A stretch of DNA of 64,000 bases from the NCBI GenBank assembly GCA_963702895.1, contig OY969767.1, positions 1,504,001 to 1,568,000 of the forward strand, written 5' to 3'. Origin of the DNA: an uncultured Elusimicrobia bacterium. Its GTDB lineage: Bacteria > Elusimicrobiota > Elusimicrobia > 2-01-FULL-59-12. The number at the start of each line of letters is the position of its first letter. Positions within the stretch are counted from its first letter, which is position 1. The notes beneath the pieces are model-generated. The model was not told the DNA's origin and ran no database searches. It saw only the letters and a program-made list of their open reading frames with translations. This document shows positions 41,054-50,271 of this stretch, in pieces. A program made the position numbers and the translations under genes.

Positions 41054-42373
41054 ATGGAATCAATCCCGAGGCAATTCATTGCAGACCTTTCGACATGGAA
41101 GAGAGGCCCTAACCGCAAGCCGCTGTTGATCCGGGGGGCGCGCCAGGTTGGAAAGACGTGGGCTGTTCAAGAATGGTGCCGGCAGGAATCCCTTCAATTA
41201 ATCACGATTAATTTCGAAGAGCAGCCGCGTTTTGCCGCTTTGTTTGAAAGTGATCTCGACGTGGATCGCATCGCGAACGAGATTTCGCTGGCTTTTAATG
41301 CCTCGCTGGGTGACCCCAACATCGTCCTATTCTTTGATGAGATCCAGCGCGCGCCGAAAGCGATCACAGCGCTTCGGTATTTTTATGAAAAACGCCCCGA
41401 ATTGATTGTCGTCGCGGCGGGTTCCTTGATTGAATTTGTTTTAGAGGAACAAGGCATTCCCGTCGGGCGCGTTCAGTCCAAATTTCTCTACCCCCTTTCA
41501 TTCGCCGAGTTTCTGGGTGCGATTGGCAAGGACCGTCTGGCTCAAGTCATACGAGCGTTTGACCCTTCAAAACCCCGCCCCATTTCGGACTTCATTCACC
41601 AAGAACTTCTCTCCTGCCTCAAGCTCTATTACCGTATTGGGGGAATGCCCAAGGTCGTCTCTGCTTACCTGGCCCATCGCGACATGCGCGCCGTGGCCAT
41701 CGAGCAGGCCACGCTCGTTCGCGGGTACATGGACGACTTCAGGAAATATGCGAGAAAATCAGATTGGGCCCTGCTGGAAACGATCTTCCTGAAAATGGGA
41801 ATGATCGCCGGAGGACCTCAAGTGAAGTTCGCGAGCATCGACACTCAGTCCAAATCCACGCAGGTGCGCCGCGCGCTCCTCGCGCTCGAACAGGCCCTGA
41901 TCGTTCACAAAATTCGTCCGGTTCACACAACCAAACTGCCGTTGGCCGCTCACGCGCTCGATAAGGGATTCAAAGTGGCTTTTCTGGATATTGGCCTGCT
42001 CCATCACCTGCTGGGGTTCGACTGGACTCTGGTCAATCATGAGGCGGATCTTACGGATATTGCCGACGGTCGGTTCGCCGAGCAATTCGTAGCGCAGGAA
42101 ATCGTGGCCGCACGATCAGATCTGAGTCATTATCCCCTGCACTACTGGAGCCGGCCGCGCGCCGGATCGGAGGCCGAGGTCGATTTTGTGATCGAGCACC
42201 AAAATGGTCCTGCGCCCGTTGAAGTGAAAAGCGGGTTGAAAGGCCGGCTTCGAAGCCTCCATCTCTATCTCAAGGAATTGCATCCTACGGCCGCCTTCGT
42301 CCTTTCTCAACGAAGTGTGGAACAATCCGACTTCATAACCTTCCTGCCTTTGTACCTGGCTTCGAGACTCTGA
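41054..42373 (+). CDS. AAA_14 ATPase with DUF4143 C-terminal domain (different subfamily)
   Basis: GARQVGKT, FFDEIQ, AAGSL, GGMP, FLDIGLL, EVDF...PVEVKSG. Confidence 0.9.
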   Translation: MESIPRQFIADLSTWKRGPNRKPLLIRGARQVGKTWAVQEWCRQESLQLITINFEEQPRFAALFESDLDVDRIANEISLAFNASLGDPNIVLFFDEIQRAPKAITALRYFYEKRPELIVVAAGSLIEFVLEEQGIPVGRVQSKFLYPLSFAEFLGAIGKDRLAQVIRAFDPSKPRPISDFIHQELLSCLKLYYRIGGMPKVVSAYLAHRDMRAVAIEQATLVRGYMDDFRKYARKSDWALLETIFLKMGMIAGGPQVKFASIDTQSKSTQVRRALLALEQALIVHKIRPVHTTKLPLAAHALDKGFKVAFLDIGLLHHLLGFDWTLVNHEADLTDIADGRFAEQFVAQEIVAARSDLSHYPLHYWSRPRAGSEAEVDFVIEHQNGPAPVEVKSGLKGRLRSLHLYLKELHPTAAFVLSQRSVEQSDFITFLPLYLASRL

Positions 42374-42491
42374 GGGGAGCGACGATCGTCCGATCGGTGG
42401 CGCATCGACGTGAAAATGCAGAGTACTCCCAATCCGGTGTCCCCGCGCATATCGTGGGCCGCTCTTCAACCTTGGTAGAATACAGATCGAC

Positions 42492-44471
42492 ATGCCATAT
42501 TCGAGCCCTTTTTCAGTGAGGTCGCAGCGGTTGCAGATTGTCCGGCTGCTGCTCTGGCTGTGTCTGGTTCCGCTTGTTTCTTCGGCCGAAACGCGGGAGG
42601 CTCCCTGCCGGGCGTACGTGGGGACCTATACCGGTCAAGGCAGTCAGGGTATATACACCTTCGATCTTGACCCGCAGACAGGTCAAGCCGGTCCGGTGAG
42701 TCTTGCGGCGGCGACGGAGAATCCGTCCTTTCTCGCGCTGGACCGGAAGGGTGAGTTTCTCTATGCCGTGAACGAACTGGACCTCTTCCAGGGAGCGCCC
42801 ACCGGCTCCGTGAGCGTCTTTGCCATCGCCCGAGACTCCGGCACCCTCGAACCCGTGCAACAAATCCCCTCGCATGGCGCCGCGCCAGCCCACTTATCCG
42901 TCGATGCGTCAAACAGATTCTTGTTCGTGGCCAATTACAACGGAGGGAACGTGGCGGTTTTCCCTATTGAGCGCAAAGGACGCTTAGGCCCGCACTCCGC
43001 GTTGGCGCAGGAGTCCGGGTCAAGCGTTAACCCGAAACGTCAATCAGGACCCCATGCTCATTTCATTCAGGCAGCCCGCGACAATCGATTCGTTCTCAGC
43101 GCGAACCTGGGGTTAGACAAGCTTTTTGTGTACAGGTTCGACGCGTCCACGGGGTCTCTCGCCCCCGGTGACCCGCCGTTCGTTCGGGTCGAACCCGGCG
43201 CGGGACCGCGGCATGTGGCTTTTGGACCTTTAGACAAGTATGTTTATGTGCTCAATGAACTGGGGTCGACCGTTGCGGCTTATTCCTTCAACGTGGACTC
43301 CGGAACTCTGCAGCACGTGCAAACACTCTCCACGCTCCCGAAAGACTTCACGGGCACGAACACCGCGGCGGAGATCCAGGTGGACGCGAAAGGCCGTTTC
43401 CTTTATGTATCAAACCGGGGACATGACAGTCTAGGGGTCTTCAGCATCCACCCTGATAGCGGAACGCTCAAGTCCGTTCAGTGGGTTTCAAGCGGAGGGA
43501 AGACGCCCCGTCACTTCACCTTCGAGCCGAGTGGAAAATGGCTGCTGGCTGCCAATCAGGATTCCAATACGATTAAGACCTTCCAAGTCGATCCCGAAAG
43601 TGGACGGCTCTCGGCGATGCAGGGAGTGATCCAAGCGCCGTATCCCGTCTTCGTCGGCTTCGTGCCCCCGGCCGAAGTCATCATCTCCACAGAAGTCGCG
43701 GCGGTCCTGCCATCCGCCCAGGAAGAAGTCGGCAATGACCCGACGAGGCTTCGCTCCCGGTTCGAACTGGGAGATGAATATTTAAACAATTCGGGAGGGC
43801 CGGATTGGCATTTGTTGACCGCGCGCATTGACGGGGCCCTAAACCCCAAGCTCGCTTTTCGCTTGGACATTCCCTATATGTTTCTGATCCCAAGAGGATA
43901 CCCGCACGAGAAGGATCGCGGGTTGGCCGATGTCATGTTTCGCAGTTCGGCTGTCTTAAAAAAGACAGCCCGAGCTGGCTTTACCGGAGTTTGCGATTTT
44001 TGGTTCGACACCGCAGAATCTGTGGATTTTGGACGTGGGAAGTACAGCGCCGCACCCGGGCTTGCGGTCGCCCTCATGAACCCCTATAAGGACGTGATGC
44101 TCACAGGCTTTGTTCATCATAAGTTTTCATTCGCGGGAGATCCTTCCCGAACCGACATCAGCCGGACAAAATTGCAAGTCACCATGGACAAATCTTTTAG
44201 CGAGCGCTATTGGTTGATCCTCGATCCTATGATGTATGTGGACTGGGTCAACCACGGACGCACCGCCGCTGTCCTCGAATTAGAAACCGGGGCGCGGATG
44301 GGTCAGCATTGGAGTTTGTGGGCCCGCCCCGGTATTGGCCTCTGGGGACAAGAGATCTCCGGCGGGTACAATTCTTATCTTCAGGCAGGGGTGCGTTATA
44401 TGTTTGGCAAACCTGTCCGGGAACAGATCTTGAAGCAATGGGGACTTCTCAAGCCAAAGTCCAATCGTTGA
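42492..44471 (+). CDS. Exported lactonase (Pgl-like beta-propeller) fused to a putative outer-membrane barrel
   Basis: YVGTYT, NPSFL, VANYNGG, GPHAH, GAGPRH, SNRGHD, PRHF, ANQDS, then about 250 aa of amphipathic strands starting GNDPT and ending AGVRYMF. Confidence 0.85.
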   Translation: MPYSSPFSVRSQRLQIVRLLLWLCLVPLVSSAETREAPCRAYVGTYTGQGSQGIYTFDLDPQTGQAGPVSLAAATENPSFLALDRKGEFLYAVNELDLFQGAPTGSVSVFAIARDSGTLEPVQQIPSHGAAPAHLSVDASNRFLFVANYNGGNVAVFPIERKGRLGPHSALAQESGSSVNPKRQSGPHAHFIQAARDNRFVLSANLGLDKLFVYRFDASTGSLAPGDPPFVRVEPGAGPRHVAFGPLDKYVYVLNELGSTVAAYSFNVDSGTLQHVQTLSTLPKDFTGTNTAAEIQVDAKGRFLYVSNRGHDSLGVFSIHPDSGTLKSVQWVSSGGKTPRHFTFEPSGKWLLAANQDSNTIKTFQVDPESGRLSAMQGVIQAPYPVFVGFVPPAEVIISTEVAAVLPSAQEEVGNDPTRLRSRFELGDEYLNNSGGPDWHLLTARIDGALNPKLAFRLDIPYMFLIPRGYPHEKDRGLADVMFRSSAVLKKTARAGFTGVCDFWFDTAESVDFGRGKYSAAPGLAVALMNPYKDVMLTGFVHHKFSFAGDPSRTDISRTKLQVTMDKSFSERYWLILDPMMYVDWVNHGRTAAVLELETGARMGQHWSLWARPGIGLWGQEISGGYNSYLQAGVRYMFGKPVREQILKQWGLLKPKSNR

Positions 44472-44483
44472 AGCTGGGGTGGC

Positions 44484-44661
44484 TATCCAAAACTCTCTAA
44501 GTCGTCACCCCGGCGGCCGTCAGCCGGGGTCTATCACCGACGTTAAGACATTATGGATCCCCCCCTTACGACCGGGGGGGGATGACAGCATAAGAAAGCG
44601 CAGAATGGCTGGACGATTAAGTGCGTCAAATTAAGTGCACCAAAAGGAGTATTTTCGGCTA
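44484..44661. mobile_element. MITE family A, copy 5 (lacks the inserted module)
   Basis: Ends TATCCAAAACT / ATTTTCGGCTA; the terminal A is the A of the aquaporin ATG and the AAGGAG RBS lies inside the element. Confidence 0.65.
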
Positions 44662-45440
44662 TGAAAAACGAAAATGAGCGGGAGTCCCCGTGGGCTTTAT
44701 TTTTTTCCGAGCTGATTGGAACGGCGCTGCTCGTCCTGGTGGGCCTGTCGCTCGTGATCATGATGTTTGGGACCGGGACCCCGATGGCGAACCTCATCCC
44801 GAGCGAAGGGGCGCGGCGCTTAATTACTGGCTTTCTCTTTGGCACGACCGGCGCCTTGATTGCCCTCTCAGCAGTGGGTCGGATCAGTGGGGCCCATATC
44901 AACCCTGTGGTGACGCTCGCCTTCCGGCTCATGGGCAAACTCGACCTGCGTACGACGCTTGGCTATGTCGTGGCGCAGCTTATGGGCGCAGTGCTGGGAT
45001 GCTTGCCGCTTCTTGCTTGGGGACCCATGGGAGAAAGTGTGATCTTCGGGGCGACTGTACCTGGTGTGGGATATGCCACGGGCACGGTCTTCATGGGAGA
45101 GGTGGTGACGACTTTCACCATGGTGACACTCTTGGCTCTGTTCTTAGGGTATCGAAAGATACGCCCCTTTACCCCTGCCCTTTTCCCTCCGCTTTATGCC
45201 CTGATGGTGTGGCTCGAGGCGCCGATCTCGGGGACAAGCACCAACCCGGCCCGGAGCTTCGGACCTTCCGTAATCTCCGGGCAATGGCAAGGAGGTTGGA
45301 TCTATTGGATCGGTCCAATGGTTGGAATGTTCCTTGCTGTCCTGGCATGCAGTCTTCTCGCCAAGCGCATTGAAGTCGCGAAGCTCTATCACTTTGACAG
45401 CGACCGTGACCGCCTCTTCCGCCGCGTCTCTAAACCCTAG
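44661..45440 (+). CDS. MIP-family channel (aquaporin)
   Basis: SGAHINPVVT and STNPARSFGP motifs; 6 TM helices. Confidence 0.92.
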   Translation: MKNENERESPWALFFSELIGTALLVLVGLSLVIMMFGTGTPMANLIPSEGARRLITGFLFGTTGALIALSAVGRISGAHINPVVTLAFRLMGKLDLRTTLGYVVAQLMGAVLGCLPLLAWGPMGESVIFGATVPGVGYATGTVFMGEVVTTFTMVTLLALFLGYRKIRPFTPALFPPLYALMVWLEAPISGTSTNPARSFGPSVISGQWQGGWIYWIGPMVGMFLAVLACSLLAKRIEVAKLYHFDSDRDRLFRRVSKP

Positions 45441-45553
45441 ATACTACTGGAAGAGCATCTTCGCAAAGAATTTCTTGTCTAACCTAATGGGCTTTCTGTT
45501 ATTATGACTTAGATTCATCCCCAGGTTATTCAAAACCAGTCGAGGAGGCTCCC

Positions 45554-47263
45554 GTGGAAAGCAAAGCATCTATAACACAAAAGAAGGTCATCATTGTCGG
45601 TGGAGTGGCGGGCGGCGCGTCCTGCGCGGCGCGTTTGCGCCGATTGGATGAGAACGCGGAGATCCTCATGGTGGAACGGGGACCCTACGTGTCCTACGCC
45701 AACTGCGGACTTCCTTACCACATCGGCGGCGTGATCGAAAAAGAATCCGCGCTGTTTGTTGCCGACGAATCGACCTTTCGCCACATGTTCGCCATCGATG
45801 TGCGGACCCAGTGCGAAGCGGTGGGCATCAACACCGCGAAAAAGACAGTCGATCTCAAAGATTTGAAGACCGGCAAGATCACGACGGAATCGTATGACAA
45901 ACTTGTGATCTCTCCCGGAGCGGCCCCGATCCGCCCTCCGCTGCCCGGATTCGATCTTCCCGGTATCTTTACACTCCGAACGGTTCCGGATACCCGTGCC
46001 ATCAAGGCATGGCTCTCTCGCAAGGATCCCCCGGGCATGGATTCGTATACAGGATGCCAGACCCTGACCCAGGCCAAACATGCCGTCGTGATCGGCGGCG
46101 GGTTCATCGGCCTCGAAATGGTGGAAAACCTGGTTCATTTGGGGGTTGAAGTGACTCTGGTGGAGAAGATGAATCAGGTCATGCCTCCGCTCGATGTCGA
46201 AATGGCGCTTCTGGTCCGCCAGCGGCTCGAAAAGAACAGTGTCAAAGTCGTTTTGAATGACGGCGTGGCGGGCTTCAAGCAGCTTCCTGACGGTTCACTT
46301 GAGGTGCTGACGGAATCCGGCAAACCCCATCACGCCGATATCGTCATATCGGCCATTGGCGTCAAGCCTGAACTCGCGCTGGCGAAGATGGCGGGCCTCA
46401 CCGTCGGCGAACGCGGCGGGATCCGGGTGGACGACCATATGCGCACGAGCAACCCGGACATCTTCGCTGTGGGCGACGCCGTGGAAGTCAAAGACTTCGT
46501 CACGGGAGAATGGACGCTCATACCGCTCGCGGGGCCGGCCAACCGGCAGGGACGGATCGCGGCCGACGTCATCTGCGGACGGGAATCCCGTTACCGCGGT
46601 ACACAAGGCACCTCCATCTGTCTGGTCTTTGGCGCCGCTGTGGCTTCGACCGGCGCGAGCGAGAAGCAGCTGATCAAAGCCGGAGACAAAGATTTCGAAA
46701 AGATCTACCTCTACCCCAATTCGCACGCGGGCTATTATCCGGGCGCGAAAATGCTCGCGATTAAGGTGATCTTCCGGAAATCGAACGGAAAACTCCTGGG
46801 CGCGCAGGTGCTGGGGGATGACGGCGTGACCAAGCGCATCGACTCCTTCGCGATGGCGATCCAGATGGGCTGTACCGTCTACGACCTGGAAGAATCCGAG
46901 CTGTGCTACGCGCCACCCTTCGGAAGCGCGAAGGACCCGGTCAACTTTGCCGGCATGGTTGCCGCCAATATCCTTAAAGGAGATATGCCGGTCGCTCATT
47001 GGAATCAGCTGGATGGGGCGCTGCTTCTTGATGTGCGCAATCCGCCGGAGCTGGCCGTGGAGAGCGTGCCGGGAGCGGTGAACATCCCGATGCCGGAACT
47101 GCGCTCGCGCTTAAAGGAGCTCCCAAAGGACCGCGAGATCCTCGTCATCTGCCGCTCGGCACAGCGCGCCTATTATTCGACACGAATTCTGTTGCAGAAC
47201 GGGTTCAGAGCGAAGAACTTATCAGGTGGCATGTTGTCCCGATCGATCGTGCTGCCGAAATAA
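45554..47263 (+). CDS. CoA-disulfide reductase with C-terminal rhodanese domain (Npsr-like)
   Basis: GGVAGG, SYANCGLPY active Cys, GGGFIGLE, YAPPF, rhodanese CRSAQR. Confidence 0.92.
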   Translation: MESKASITQKKVIIVGGVAGGASCAARLRRLDENAEILMVERGPYVSYANCGLPYHIGGVIEKESALFVADESTFRHMFAIDVRTQCEAVGINTAKKTVDLKDLKTGKITTESYDKLVISPGAAPIRPPLPGFDLPGIFTLRTVPDTRAIKAWLSRKDPPGMDSYTGCQTLTQAKHAVVIGGGFIGLEMVENLVHLGVEVTLVEKMNQVMPPLDVEMALLVRQRLEKNSVKVVLNDGVAGFKQLPDGSLEVLTESGKPHHADIVISAIGVKPELALAKMAGLTVGERGGIRVDDHMRTSNPDIFAVGDAVEVKDFVTGEWTLIPLAGPANRQGRIAADVICGRESRYRGTQGTSICLVFGAAVASTGASEKQLIKAGDKDFEKIYLYPNSHAGYYPGAKMLAIKVIFRKSNGKLLGAQVLGDDGVTKRIDSFAMAIQMGCTVYDLEESELCYAPPFGSAKDPVNFAGMVAANILKGDMPVAHWNQLDGALLLDVRNPPELAVESVPGAVNIPMPELRSRLKELPKDREILVICRSAQRAYYSTRILLQNGFRAKNLSGGMLSRSIVLPK

Positions 47264-47365
47264 AGGGTCGGGAATCGATAGATTTGTCCAGGCGACCGGG
47301 CCTGCCTTCAAACAAATCAACATCACCACCGGTCCGGTGATGCAAAAAGTTAAAAGGAGAAAATT

Positions 47366-47764
47366 ATGAGAAAGAAATTGATGGATATGAAACCAGTCGA
47401 CGACATCGTCACACAAAAAACACCGGGCCTCAAGATTTGGGAGGAGAACTGGGGCGGCATGCAGTGCGCCTACCACATCTTTGCCCCGGGCACAGATTTC
47501 ACAGAGATTCTGGCGGGGAAGGGATTCCCGCACGATCTGTGTGGGGTTGAACACTGGGCTTACGTTTTGAAGGGCACGTTGAGGGTCATCTACCTTGATG
47601 GGAAAGAAGACGTTTGCCGCGCTGGGGAAGCATGCTACTGGCCAGCTCCGCACAACTTCATCTCTGAGGAAGGGGCCGAAATCATCCAGTTCAGCCACGC
47701 GGGCGGCTTGGCCGCGCAAGCCAAGATAGCCGAGGAGTTTTTCAAGAATAAGATGAAGAAATAA
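47366..47764 (+). CDS. Cupin-fold protein, copy 1
   Basis: CGVEHWAYVLKG...AGEACYWPAPHN cupin pattern; AAAGGAG RBS. Confidence 0.8.
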   Translation: MRKKLMDMKPVDDIVTQKTPGLKIWEENWGGMQCAYHIFAPGTDFTEILAGKGFPHDLCGVEHWAYVLKGTLRVIYLDGKEDVCRAGEACYWPAPHNFISEEGAEIIQFSHAGGLAAQAKIAEEFFKNKMKK

Positions 47765-47912
47765 CTTGTGTTGTTGTTAAGCGTGGAGAGCGGATAACAG
47801 TGCGATCGATTCAAGTTGGCGTTCAGATTTGTACAGGCGACCGGGCCTGGTATCAAACAAATCATCCTCAATGCCGGTCCGGTGAGGCACAAACAAACCA
47901 AAGGAGAGAATT

Positions 47913-48311
47913 ATGAGAAAGAAATTGATGGATATGAAACCAGTCGACGACATCGTCACACAAAAAACCCCGGGCCTCAAGATTTGGGAGGAGAACTGGG
48001 GCGGCATGCAGGTCGCGTGCCACCACTTCGAACCGGGAACTGATTTCACGCAGATTCTGGCTGGGAAGGGACTACCGCACGATCTGTGCGGGGTTGAACA
48101 CTGGGCTTACGTTTTGAAGGGCACGTTGAGGGTTATCTACCTTGACGGGAAAGAAGACGTTTGCCGCGCCGGGGAAGCCTGCTACTGGCCGGCTCCGCAC
48201 AACTTCATCTCTGAGGAAGGGGCCGATATCCTCCAGTTCAGCCACGCGGGAGGCTTGGCTGCGCAAGCCAAGATAATCGATGCGTTTATCAAGAGTAAGA
48301 TGAAGAAATAA
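47913..48311 (+). CDS. Cupin-fold protein, copy 2 (tandem duplicate)
   Basis: Same length as copy 1, 13 substitutions in 132 aa; the upstream leader is duplicated too. Confidence 0.8.
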   Translation: MRKKLMDMKPVDDIVTQKTPGLKIWEENWGGMQVACHHFEPGTDFTQILAGKGLPHDLCGVEHWAYVLKGTLRVIYLDGKEDVCRAGEACYWPAPHNFISEEGADILQFSHAGGLAAQAKIIDAFIKSKMKK

Positions 48312-48349
48312 CGTTATTTGCACGTAAGTGTTGAGAAGTTTGAAGCAAC

Positions 48350-48379
48350 TGCAGGGCGTTCAATTTGAGCGCCCTGCAG
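48350..48379 (+). terminator. Strong intergenic hairpin (terminator or mRNA stabiliser)
   Basis: CTGCAGGGCGTTCAA-T-TTGAGCGCCCTGCAG; no U tract. Confidence 0.4.
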
Positions 48380-48416
48380 AAGATTTGGAGACTAAAAAAT
48401 AGGAGGAGAAAGTAAT

Positions 48417-49094
48417 ATGAAACTAAAAACAAATCCCACGCGTAGATTTCGCGCGACGAACATCCGCGGTGCTGCGTTCTGCGGCCTCGGTGCTTTCGTC
48501 GGCGTTGGCAAGACCCAGCGGGCGCACGTCTACTCGGCGAACACCCTGCCCGTCGGCCCGGACGACCATAAAAAAATCGACACCAAGAAATTGGCGGAAG
48601 AACTCGAAGTGGACATGTGCTTCGTTAACTCCGGGCGCTTCTGGATGATGGATGATATCGAGGTCGCCGCCGGAGACACGGTGGACTTTCATGGCGTCGG
48701 TATGAACTGGGTCGGCGACATGACCGGGGCCGAGATGGTCTCCCAGATGGAGAACGCCTATCTGCCGTCATTAATCAAGCGCGACACCATCTGGACCTTC
48801 AAGGCGGGCAAACCGCTGCATCTCCTGCGCGAGCCCGGCGGCCCGGTCTGGGTCCTGCAGGAATACACGAAGGTGGTTGATCCGAGCCTGACGCCCGACA
48901 ACCTCGACCAGTTGGGCAGCAAGCTGAAGAACCTTCCGAAAGGGTGGAAGTTCGAGACCAAGGTGCTGACCAAGGACCTGACGCTCGATACCGGCCGCTG
49001 CGGCGGCTGGGCGGCCATCATGCGCGACGACCTGCATTGCACCTATCAGGCCTGCGGCTACGGCAAGGACACCAGCGCTAATTATATTCCGTAA
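48417..49094 (+). CDS. Uncharacterised soluble protein
   Basis: AGGAGG RBS, coding-like codon usage; motifs VNSGRFWMMD and LPKGWKF. Confidence 0.8.
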   Translation: MKLKTNPTRRFRATNIRGAAFCGLGAFVGVGKTQRAHVYSANTLPVGPDDHKKIDTKKLAEELEVDMCFVNSGRFWMMDDIEVAAGDTVDFHGVGMNWVGDMTGAEMVSQMENAYLPSLIKRDTIWTFKAGKPLHLLREPGGPVWVLQEYTKVVDPSLTPDNLDQLGSKLKNLPKGWKFETKVLTKDLTLDTGRCGGWAAIMRDDLHCTYQACGYGKDTSANYIP

Positions 49095-49167
49095 CCCGGA
49101 TGACCAGCCGGATATACGTACGGAGGGTTCATCAGGATGCCCAACGACAGCCAGCACAGCTAAAGAG

Positions 49168-49734
49168 ATGACAAGCTCTCGCTCCATCACCGGAGGAGAG
49201 CGCGCAAGCGTTTCGACGTCACGGAAGCGTACGCTGTCGCCCGGCAATTTCATCAAAGTGGTTGCCAACGTCATGGCCTCAAGCCGAGTTCTTCTCGCAG
49301 CACTGCTGAGGCCGAAAATCCCGGCCGCGCTGCGTGAGAAGGTTTTCCTGGGCGTGACCTCGGTCACTAACTGCCGCTATTGCCAGTGGGGCCACACCCA
49401 CTGGGCCATGGCGCAGGGCGTGCCGCTGGAGGAGGTTAACCAGATCCTCGGCCAGCAGATCGGGGAACTGGAGGCAAAGAATCCGGCCGAGGCCGCGGCC
49501 ATTCTGTTCGCTCAGCACTGCGCGGAGAATATGGATCAGTTCGATCCGGCGTCTGTCGAATACTTGCGCCGGTATTACAGCGAGGCCCAGGTCGCCGAGA
49601 TCCTTGCCTACGTGCGCGTGATCACCCTTGGCAGCCTGACGGGCAACACCGTGGACGCGATTCTCGGCTATTTTCGTGCATTCCGCAGGTCGGGTGGGCC
49701 AGGTGACTCACAAGTCAACGAAAGAGGAGCCTAA
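49168..49734 (+). CDS. Carboxymuconolactone decarboxylase / AhpD-like protein
   Basis: LREKVFLGVTSVTNCRYCQWGH (CxxC...H AhpD core). Confidence 0.85.
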   Translation: MTSSRSITGGERASVSTSRKRTLSPGNFIKVVANVMASSRVLLAALLRPKIPAALREKVFLGVTSVTNCRYCQWGHTHWAMAQGVPLEEVNQILGQQIGELEAKNPAEAAAILFAQHCAENMDQFDPASVEYLRRYYSEAQVAEILAYVRVITLGSLTGNTVDAILGYFRAFRRSGGPGDSQVNERGA

Positions 49735-49746
49735 AGGACGAATCCT

Positions 49747-50265
49747 ATGCGTGAACTCTCTAAAGATCTTCCCAAAGAAAAACAGACGGCGCTCGCCCTC
49801 TATGTGACAGCGAAGGATGCCTATGAAGCGTGGAAGGGAGATCCGGAGAAGGTGAAGATTATCGATGTCCGCACACCTGAGGAGTATCTCTTTGTCGGTC
49901 ATCCGACGATGGCCTGGAAGATCCCTGTCGCCGCTCAGTCCTATGAATGGGATGCCGAGAAGAAGCAGTTTCCGATGAAGCTGCTTCCCGATTTCGTCGC
50001 CCGGGTCAGCGAGGTGGCCAAGCACGACGACACGCTGATGGTGATGTGCCGCTCCGGTGGCCGAAGCGCCATGGCCGTGAATCTTCTCGCGAAGGCAGGT
50101 TTTAAGCAGGCGCACAACATCATTGATGGAATGGAAGGGGATGTCGTTACGGATGCTGACAGCGCGGTCAAAGGCCAGCGGGTCATTAACGGCTGGAAGA
50201 ATTCCGGGTGCCCATGGACGTACACCCTGACGCCTGAACGGATGATGCTGCCCAACGTCCAGTAA
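49747..50265 (+). CDS. Rhodanese-like sulfurtransferase
   Basis: IDVRTPEEY, GH, CRSGGRS, GMEG, GWKNSGCPW. Confidence 0.9.
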   Translation: MRELSKDLPKEKQTALALYVTAKDAYEAWKGDPEKVKIIDVRTPEEYLFVGHPTMAWKIPVAAQSYEWDAEKKQFPMKLLPDFVARVSEVAKHDDTLMVMCRSGGRSAMAVNLLAKAGFKQAHNIIDGMEGDVVTDADSAVKGQRVINGWKNSGCPWTYTLTPERMMLPNVQ

Positions 50266-50271
50266 AGGAGC

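Noticed and set aside
47281..48400. Possible CRISPR array or integron cassette array
   Set aside because: Only two long gene-containing units; no short repeat-spacer periodicity, no convincing attC boxes, no cas or intI gene.
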